Virus record (IMG/VR): IMGVR_UViG_3300032236_000803 | Span: 27,191 to 91,190 of that record | Direction: 5' to 3' (one strand) | Source of the DNA: a virus | DNA length: 64,000 nucleotides | Part shown: piece after piece, positions 50,477 to 57,497 of the stretch | Layout: each line of letters opens with the position of its first letter | How positions within the stretch are numbered: position 1 is the stretch's first letter | Program-made: the position numbers and the translations under genes | Notes under the pieces: model-generated | Databases searched by the model: none | What the model saw: the letters and a program-made list of their open reading frames with translations, nothing else | What the model was told of the DNA's origin: nothing

Positions 50477-51888
50477 TGGACCAGAATGATACTTATGGTG
50501 AAAACGATCCTTTAGTATTTGTTTGTAAACAATTAATCAAAGGACAACGCGAAGATTTAGCAGAACAAGTAATTGACGCTTTTGCTCCTGTAGCAACACA
50601 CATTGAATCGGTCAATTGTATTGCCAAGTTATATTATGACGTAAGAAATTATGATAAAGCAGAATCGTATACTTTAAAAACATTAGATATGTGTGAATCA
50701 AACGAACAGAAATATAATGTTCGCGCAAATCTAGGTAAGATGTATAACAACTTTAACGAACCTGTTAAGTCCCTTTTCTATTCTAAACAGAATCTAGCGG
50801 TAACTCCAAATAATCCAGATACTTTATTGGAAATGGTGTTCTCGTATTTTCTAAACGGACAAAAAGAACCTGCAGAAAAGATTCTAAGAGAATTAAAAGA
50901 AAGAGAACATGAACTAGCAGAAAGACACAGAAATATAGTGAATTTCAATCTTGGCACTTACGACATGGAGGCTGGACATTTCCTAAAAGGACTGGGCGGT
51001 TTCTTAATCAACGTTAAAAAGTTAGACCTATGGTTCAACAACGCAGAAATTCCTTTAAAGTATTGGGATGGCGGATTATATCCCGGTAGAACTCTGGTCT
51101 TTTATATGTCTGGCGGAGGGTTTGGCGATTCGTTTATTGCTATTTCATATTGGAATAAATTGAAAGCAGCAGGATTTAATCCAGTTTATTGTAATGCGAA
51201 TCAAGATATTGTAGACATTTTCAATCGTTGCGGATATAGGTCGGTTACAGATTGGAAAGACGTACAAGACGAAGATCCATTATGGTGCTTTGCGTTTGAA
51301 GTTCCGCTATATCTTAATATGAAACCCGAACAGATGTTGACAGAGAATTATCTCTGGGCGTCTGACGAAGCAAGAGAAAAATGGTCTTGGTTAAAAGAAC
51401 GTAAGAAACTTAAAGTTGGCGTAAGGTTTATTGGTAACAAAAGAAATAATCAATTACTTTATAGACACATTGAACTGGATAATATGATGAATTTCCTTCA
51501 TCAGACTTTTGAGGGACAAGACGTAGAATATTATTCGTTACAGAAAGGAGATGGCGAAGAAGAAGCAAGAACCTGTTCTGAACTTATTGACGTTGCGGAT
51601 CAAATCAATTCGTTTGATGATACGTTAGCATTGATTGAAAATCTTGATATTGTTATCTCTACATGTACTTCTGTAGTCCATTTAGCAGGTGCTGTTGGGA
51701 CAAAGACCGTTGTGTTCGTACCTATTGCCGCATATTTCACATATCTAACTCCAACGCTAGAGGGAAGACCTCCTCATACAAGTCCTTGGTATGGCGATAA
51801 CTTTAGATTCTTTAGACAAGCAAAACCTAAAGTTTGGGACGAACCAATGTTAGAAGCTAAAGAATTTATACGATCAGAATTTCTATGA
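50476..51888 (+). CDS. TPR-domain plus GT9 (heptosyltransferase-like) glycosyltransferase
   Basis: N-terminal TPR helices, GGFGD, YSLQKG, and FDDTLALIENLDIVISTCTSVVHLAGAVG...SPWY signature. Confidence 0.8.
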   Translation: MDQNDTYGENDPLVFVCKQLIKGQREDLAEQVIDAFAPVATHIESVNCIAKLYYDVRNYDKAESYTLKTLDMCESNEQKYNVRANLGKMYNNFNEPVKSLFYSKQNLAVTPNNPDTLLEMVFSYFLNGQKEPAEKILRELKEREHELAERHRNIVNFNLGTYDMEAGHFLKGLGGFLINVKKLDLWFNNAEIPLKYWDGGLYPGRTLVFYMSGGGFGDSFIAISYWNKLKAAGFNPVYCNANQDIVDIFNRCGYRSVTDWKDVQDEDPLWCFAFEVPLYLNMKPEQMLTENYLWASDEAREKWSWLKERKKLKVGVRFIGNKRNNQLLYRHIELDNMMNFLHQTFEGQDVEYYSLQKGDGEEEARTCSELIDVADQINSFDDTLALIENLDIVISTCTSVVHLAGAVGTKTVVFVPIAAYFTYLTPTLEGRPPHTSPWYGDNFRFFRQAKPKVWDEPMLEAKEFIRSEFL

Positions 51889-52607
51889 TAAATGATTTTT
51901 ATACTTTTATAATAACTTCGTGTATTAATGCTCCGAAAATGGACGCAATTAATGTTTTTGATTCTGATAATAGATTTCAAGAAACTTTAAAGACTATCGA
52001 ATCCATAAAAAATAAAGTTCCGAATTCTAAAATCATCCTTATTGATAATTCATCAATTCCGTTGAAAAAAGATTGGGCAGAAACTATAGAAAAAGAAGTT
52101 GATATTTTTAGAACAGTTGATCATAATATTTTCACATTATTCGTAAATGATATTGGTTCTAAAGGATTAGGAGAAGCATATTTGATGCATGAAGCGTTGA
52201 ATATTATTGACGAATGTGATTTACTTGGAAAAAGAGTATTTAAAATAACTGGAAGATATTTCCTTGCAGATACTTTCGATATTGGATATTATGATAACCC
52301 AGAATTAATTGGTAAATTTGCACATAAAATAAACCAGTGGGATGTCAGTAAAGATAATTTCGTAACTCATAGAGAACGAGTTGTCTATTTTGAAACAAGA
52401 TTATGGTCTTTTTGTGGAACTATCTTAGAAGATTACAAAGAATTATTAAAAAATATATTCAAATTAATGGTTTCAAGCATAGGAGAACCTATGTGTAATT
52501 TAGAAATGAGTCATTGGCAATTAACTCCAAGAGATAAGGTTTTCGAGATCGAAACAATTCACGTCCAAGGATATACTGCTGACAATGGAATTTATAAATT
52601 CGAATGA
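51885..52607 (+). CDS. Hypothetical protein, putative glycosyltransferase-like
   Basis: FIITS...RFQETLKTIESI...IILIDNS...KGLGE...FKITGRY pattern, and context among glycan-modifying genes. Confidence 0.5.
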   Translation: MINDFYTFIITSCINAPKMDAINVFDSDNRFQETLKTIESIKNKVPNSKIILIDNSSIPLKKDWAETIEKEVDIFRTVDHNIFTLFVNDIGSKGLGEAYLMHEALNIIDECDLLGKRVFKITGRYFLADTFDIGYYDNPELIGKFAHKINQWDVSKDNFVTHRERVVYFETRLWSFCGTILEDYKELLKNIFKLMVSSIGEPMCNLEMSHWQLTPRDKVFEIETIHVQGYTADNGIYKFE

Positions 52608-53431
52608 TCCATAATAGCGCATGAGTATGTTTGGTAATGTTCTTTTAGATTATCAGGCATCGGCATCCATTCAATAAGATCAGGAGAACCGCAAATTTCT
52701 ATAGCAACATCATAGAATGATTTAGGTTTTCCTGTTCCAACATCATAAATGCCTGATTTTTTATCAAGTAGAGTAATAATTTTTTTATCAATTACTTCGT
52801 CTACTGAAATAAAATCTCTATAAAAATCTTTAGACCCTTCAAATAATTGTATCTTTCCAGTTTTTTCTAATTGTTTTTTAAACTTATGGTATGGACTTGC
52901 TTGATCGCCTTTATGATCTTCGTTTGGACCATAAACGTTGAAGTATCTCATTCCTTGTAATAATTTTGGCGGTTTCTTACTGTTGATAATTAAATCAACC
53001 ACATAATCAATTTGAGTTTTGCTTCTAGCATACTCGTTTAAAGGTCTTAAAGGTTTATCAGGATTATTCCATTCTTTTATAGATGGATTTCCGTACACAG
53101 AAGCGGAAGAAGCGTATTGTAAAGGTATATTATTATCCCTGCAATAATAAATCAAATTCCAAGTACATTCAATATTGTATTTGTATAATTTCTTTACATC
53201 AGTTTCTGTTGTTGATGATATTGCGCCTTCATGGAATATAGCATTAATACCTTTGTAATTTTTCGTATGTTTATAAAACTCATCAGCTGGAGTGAATAAA
53301 ACAGGCAGATTTTTGAAATATTCATATCGATATTCATAATCCACGCAAAGAATATTCTTTTCGCCCATTTCCATTAATCTTCTGACAAGATTAGAACCAA
53401 TAAATCCAGATGCACCAGTTACAACTATCAT
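52592..53431 (-). CDS. rfaD: ADP-L-glycero-D-manno-heptose-6-epimerase
   Basis: MIVVTGASGFIGSNLV, IFHEGAISSTTE, YASSASVYG, PLNEYARSK (YxxxK), RYFNVYGPNEDHKG, RDFI and PDNLKEHYQ closely track E. coli HldD/RfaD motifs. Confidence 0.85.
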   Translation of the reverse strand: MIVVTGASGFIGSNLVRRLMEMGEKNILCVDYEYRYEYFKNLPVLFTPADEFYKHTKNYKGINAIFHEGAISSTTETDVKKLYKYNIECTWNLIYYCRDNNIPLQYASSASVYGNPSIKEWNNPDKPLRPLNEYARSKTQIDYVVDLIINSKKPPKLLQGMRYFNVYGPNEDHKGDQASPYHKFKKQLEKTGKIQLFEGSKDFYRDFISVDEVIDKKIITLLDKKSGIYDVGTGKPKSFYDVAIEICGSPDLIEWMPMPDNLKEHYQTYSCAIMDHSNL

Positions 53432-53433
53432 AT

Positions 53434-53441
53434 TATAAATA
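53434..53441 (+). promoter_or_regulatory. T4-type late promoter TATAAATA for gp13
   Basis: Exact consensus 35 nt upstream of the gp13 ATG. Confidence 0.85.
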
Positions 53442-53475
53442 ATAAATAAAACTATATATAACAGAAATTACTAAT

Positions 53476-54225
53476 ATGGCTAGAGTATCATCAAGAGAAC
53501 AATTAAAGCAGTATTGCCTAAGACGATTAGGTTATCCGATTATTGAAATTCCTGTAGAGGATACTCAATTGGAAGATCGTATCAGCGATGCAATTCTGTT
53601 CTATATCGATTATCATTATGACGCAGTTTCTTCTGTGTATTATCAATATACAGTAAATGACGATGATGTTAATAACAGATACGTAACCGTTCCTGATTCA
53701 ATTATTGGCGTATCCAGATTACTTCCTATAAATGCGTTGATGACGCAAAGTTATATGTGGGACATTAGATACCAATTAGTATTGAATAACCTTTGGGATT
53801 TAACATCAACCCAAATGACTTCATACTATATGTCAATGCAACATATTAGTTTGCTAGAACAAATGTTCGAAGGACAAGTTCCTATTAGGTTCGAACGCCA
53901 TCAAAATAGAGTTTATATTGATGCTGCTTGGGGTACAGATGAATTACCTTCTGGAACAGTTATCGTATTAGAAGCTTACCAAGTAATTGATCCTGATGAA
54001 TTTACTGATGTTTGGAATGATCGTGTTCTTAAAGAACTCGCAACTGCATATATTAAAAGACAATATGGTGAAAATCTGATCAAATATAAAGGCGATTTAA
54101 ATCTGCCTGGCGGATTAACTCTAAATGGTCAGAAAATATACGATGACGCAGTACAAGAAATTGAAAGAATAGAAGCAGAGTTTCAGGATTTGTACAGCGA
54201 ACCTGCGATTTTTTTCACAGGCTAG
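53476..54225 (+). CDS. gp13: Neck protein gp13
   Basis: SREQLKQYCLRRLGYPIIEI.V...QLEDRI, KRQYGENLIKY, LPGGLTLNG. Confidence 0.92.
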   Translation: MARVSSREQLKQYCLRRLGYPIIEIPVEDTQLEDRISDAILFYIDYHYDAVSSVYYQYTVNDDDVNNRYVTVPDSIIGVSRLLPINALMTQSYMWDIRYQLVLNNLWDLTSTQMTSYYMSMQHISLLEQMFEGQVPIRFERHQNRVYIDAAWGTDELPSGTVIVLEAYQVIDPDEFTDVWNDRVLKELATAYIKRQYGENLIKYKGDLNLPGGLTLNGQKIYDDAVQEIERIEAEFQDLYSEPAIFFTG

Positions 54226-54227
54226 GC

Positions 54228-54320
54228 GTATAAATAATAAATGCAAGTCGCGGAACTGCAATTCCCACTTGCACTAACATTAATACTAAGAGAGGTAATG
54301 TCAGCTATGGATATTTATAC
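54228..54320 (+). promoter_or_regulatory. Putative structured RNA leader of the endonuclease gene
   Basis: Stems TGCAAGT/ACTTGCA, GGAA/TTCC, CTAACATTA/TAATGTCAG (one mismatch) and GTATAAATA/TATTTATAC. Confidence 0.55.
54229..54236 (+). promoter_or_regulatory. T4-type late promoter TATAAATA ahead of the homing endonuclease
   Basis: Exact consensus just after the gp13 stop. Confidence 0.8.
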
Positions 54321-55143
54321 TATATATCGAGCAATAAACAAAGTCAATGGTAAGTCGTACATAGGATTCGATTCGAATTGGCCAAATAGAAAAAGAGATC
54401 ATAGAAGAGATCATCCAAAAGATTCTAAATATGCTCAATCTTCTGCATTTTATAAAGCATTAAGAAAATACAGTTGGGATAATTTCGAATGGGAAATATT
54501 ATATCAATCATACGAATTTAATCATACAAAAAATGTAATGGAAAATTATTTTATATGCGAATATAGAACTTATACAAGATTTGATGATTGTAACGGTTAT
54601 AATATGACTCTTGGCGGAGACGGTATTACAGGATATTCGTATTCTGAAAAACAAAAAGAAGCAAACAGACAAAGAACGTCAGAAAGATTTTCTTGTAAAG
54701 AAGTAAGAGATAAACATTCCGAAATAATGATAAATTGGAGTAAAAGTAGAACGGAAGAACAGAAAAAAATAACTTCAGAAAAATTATCATTGACTGCAAA
54801 AAGTAAAACAGAAGAACAGAAAAAAATAACTTCAGAAAAATTATCAAAATCGCTAAAAGGATTAAAAAGAAGCGAAGAAACCAGACAAAAAATATCTAAA
54901 GGAAAAAAAGGAAAAAAACAAACAAAAGAACACGCGGAAAAAGCTGCAGCATCAAGAAAAGCAAATGGCGTAAATATCGGGGAAAGAAACGGAATGGCTA
55001 ACCCGGATAACAGAAAAAAAGTAGCAGCTTCTAAAATCGGAAGAAAAAAATATATAAATCCAATATCCAATATTGGAAAATATTGTTTTCCTGGAACAGA
55101 ACCGGAAGGATTTATTTTAGCAAAAGAATACAAACTAGCATGA
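54307..55143 (+). CDS. GIY-YIG homing endonuclease (Seg-like) with NUMOD3-like repeats
   Basis: TIYRAINKVNGKSYIG, ALRKYSWDNFEWEIL, GYNMTLGGDG, KRSEETRQKIS and a 19-aa tandem repeat. Start could be 54298 or 54307 rather than 54241. Confidence 0.85.
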   Translation: MDIYTIYRAINKVNGKSYIGFDSNWPNRKRDHRRDHPKDSKYAQSSAFYKALRKYSWDNFEWEILYQSYEFNHTKNVMENYFICEYRTYTRFDDCNGYNMTLGGDGITGYSYSEKQKEANRQRTSERFSCKEVRDKHSEIMINWSKSRTEEQKKITSEKLSLTAKSKTEEQKKITSEKLSKSLKGLKRSEETRQKISKGKKGKKQTKEHAEKAAASRKANGVNIGERNGMANPDNRKKVAASKIGRKKYINPISNIGKYCFPGTEPEGFILAKEYKLA

Positions 55144-56015
55144 CTGTATCACCATTTTTTAATTTCTATAAAAGTAAACCAGAACAATCTCTAGTAGAAG
55201 ATTTGGTTAATGAATCATTAAACATTTTCGGTTTCAATGGATATTATATTCCAAGAAATGGCGATATTGATCTAATTTACGGCGAAGATGTTTTAAAAAC
55301 GTTTCCTGTCGCGTATATTTGCGCAATGAGATTGGAAAATCAAGTAGACCCAGGAATGAATCAAGATTTCTTCTCTAAGTTTGGTCTTGAAATACGCAAT
55401 TCAATAAAGATGCAAATTTCAAGAAGAGAATTCATGAAACAAGTGTCGCAAACAGATACCAATTATGACAGACCAAAAGAAGGCGATTTAATCTTTGTTC
55501 CTCATTTATCAATAAATGGTGAATTATATGAAATTAAATATGTTAATGATTCCGTTGATTTTTTCACATTAGGTAGAAAATATCCTTATTATTGGGAACT
55601 TGATTTAGAATTATTCAAATATTCAAACGAAGAAATCAATACTGGCATTCCAGATATTGATAGCGTTAATGGATTGGATGCATATACTATTGTTTATACA
55701 ATGGGAACTGGAGAAGGCGATTATATCATATCAGAAACAGCGTATCAAGGAACTAGTGCTAATACCGCAACCGCTTACGGAACCGTACAAAATTGGGATG
55801 AATCTACGCTAGAATTAACGTTATCTAATATTGTTGGGGAATTTTCTAATACAGGTACTATTGTTGGTGAAATTAGTAATACAACATACTCGTTGGTTGT
55901 TTATGATCCGTTAAATTATCCAGCATATGAAAATGCTTGGGACAATAAAGAAATCGAAACAGAATCTGAGCAAGTAATAGATACTTCTGAATCAAATCCA
56001 TTTGGCTTATTATAA
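55140..56015 (+). CDS. gp14: Neck protein gp14
   Basis: EQSLVEDLVNESL, YYIPR, FFSKFGLEIR, RPKEGDLI, ESNPFG. ATG at 55140 overlaps the endonuclease stop (ATGA). Confidence 0.92.
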   Translation: MTVSPFFNFYKSKPEQSLVEDLVNESLNIFGFNGYYIPRNGDIDLIYGEDVLKTFPVAYICAMRLENQVDPGMNQDFFSKFGLEIRNSIKMQISRREFMKQVSQTDTNYDRPKEGDLIFVPHLSINGELYEIKYVNDSVDFFTLGRKYPYYWELDLELFKYSNEEINTGIPDIDSVNGLDAYTIVYTMGTGEGDYIISETAYQGTSANTATAYGTVQNWDESTLELTLSNIVGEFSNTGTIVGEISNTTYSLVVYDPLNYPAYENAWDNKEIETESEQVIDTSESNPFGLL

Positions 56016-57034
56016 TGGCAACAAATACGCAATACTTTAAAGTTATTAGAAAAATTACGACTGCATTTGCTAGTTTATTTTCTAACATCACTATAATAAG
56101 ATACAACGAAGACGGAAGCGAAAATCAAAGATTTATAGTTCCAGTAGATTTTGCAGATAAAGAGAAATGGGTAAAACGGTTACAGGGAGATATAAATCTT
56201 AATAAAAAAGTGCAACTAGCATTACCTAGAATTTCTTACCAGTTAACTGGTTTTAAATATGATTCCTCAAGAAAACTGAATACTAATAATATGAATTTTG
56301 GTAATTCGGGTTCTGCGGGTACTGTTTTATCACAATATAATCCAGTACCCTATGATTTTGATTTCGGAGTAACCATTTATACTAGAACAATTGAAGATGG
56401 TAATCAAATTCTTGAACATATTCTTCCATATTTCTGTCCGGATTATTCATTAAGATTAAATTTGATTCCTGAAATGGGAATAACAAAAACGGTTCCTATT
56501 GTACTAAATTCGGTACAACAAATAATAGATTCAGAAGGAGCATTTGATTCTGAAGTCAGAACTGTTATGTGGACATTAGGATTTACCGTAAAAGCGTTTA
56601 TATTTGGAGCAGTTAAAGAATCTCCTATTATTAATAACGTTGATGTTAATCTGTTAAACGGATTCAATTCTCTTAATAAAGAAAGTTCCTGTTGTTCAAC
56701 TGGGCTAAATTCGGCGTTTGTCACGTTACCAAACGGCAACGGCGACTATATTAATCAGGAATTCGTTTATCAAGGATTTAATTATGATAATGCATATGCC
56801 ACTGGTAAAGTAACCAGCTGGGATAATACTTCAAATACTATTTTTATTGGCGATGTTTGCGGAGACTTTAAATTAAATCAACCAATAGTTGGCGTTGATT
56901 CTTTGGCAATTCATATACCCGATTCATATGCGTCTAATAACGTAATAGAAGTAACAACAATAACAACACCTAATCCTAATACTGCTTCAGCTAATTCTTA
57001 TTGGACACCTAATACAGTAACAATATACTATTAA
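56015..57034 (+). CDS. gp15: Tail sheath stabiliser/terminator gp15
   Basis: IRKITTAFASLF, LPRISY, YDSSRK, PVPYDF, QILEHILPYF, WTLGFTVK. Confidence 0.9.
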   Translation: MATNTQYFKVIRKITTAFASLFSNITIIRYNEDGSENQRFIVPVDFADKEKWVKRLQGDINLNKKVQLALPRISYQLTGFKYDSSRKLNTNNMNFGNSGSAGTVLSQYNPVPYDFDFGVTIYTRTIEDGNQILEHILPYFCPDYSLRLNLIPEMGITKTVPIVLNSVQQIIDSEGAFDSEVRTVMWTLGFTVKAFIFGAVKESPIINNVDVNLLNGFNSLNKESSCCSTGLNSAFVTLPNGNGDYINQEFVYQGFNYDNAYATGKVTSWDNTSNTIFIGDVCGDFKLNQPIVGVDSLAIHIPDSYASNNVIEVTTITTPNPNTASANSYWTPNTVTIYY

Positions 57035-57038
57035 TTTT

Positions 57039-57497
57039 ATGAGCAAATTTGATAAAAAAATGTCAGAATTTTTTGACGTAGAACCAACGTCAAATACCGG
57101 AAATTCCCTGACAACTTCTAATCCAACAGATATTATTCCTCACGAAACTCTTGACGTGGATTTTAAAAATGATTACGTCAAAGTTCGCGAGAACATGCAT
57201 GAATTGATTCAGAAAGGAAACGATGCTATTGATGATATTCTAAGCATTGCTAGAGAATCCGAAAAAGCCAGAGATTTTGAAGTTGCTGCAAACCTGTTAA
57301 AAAGCATGTTAGACGCTAATGAACAGATGATAAACGTACATAAGAAGGTCAGAGATATTGCGAATTATAAACAATCGCTAGAAACATCCGACCAACCCAC
57401 GACTACTATTAAAAACGCTCTATTCGTAGGAAGTACAACTGAACTTACTAAAATAGTAAAAGAATTGAATGAAAAAGATATTATAGAAGGTAAATGA
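57039..57497 (+). CDS. gp16: Terminase small subunit gp16
   Basis: DYVKVRENM..LI.KG...ARDFEVA and ALFVGSTTEL motifs, located directly before gp17. Confidence 0.9.
   Translation: MSKFDKKMSEFFDVEPTSNTGNSLTTSNPTDIIPHETLDVDFKNDYVKVRENMHELIQKGNDAIDDILSIARESEKARDFEVAANLLKSMLDANEQMINVHKKVRDIANYKQSLETSDQPTTTIKNALFVGSTTELTKIVKELNEKDIIEGK

Noticed and set aside
54226-55143. Group I intron carrying the GIY-YIG gene
   Set aside because: gp13 and gp14 both look complete on either side, and the non-coding part is under 90 nt, too short for a ribozyme core. The gene is free-standing.
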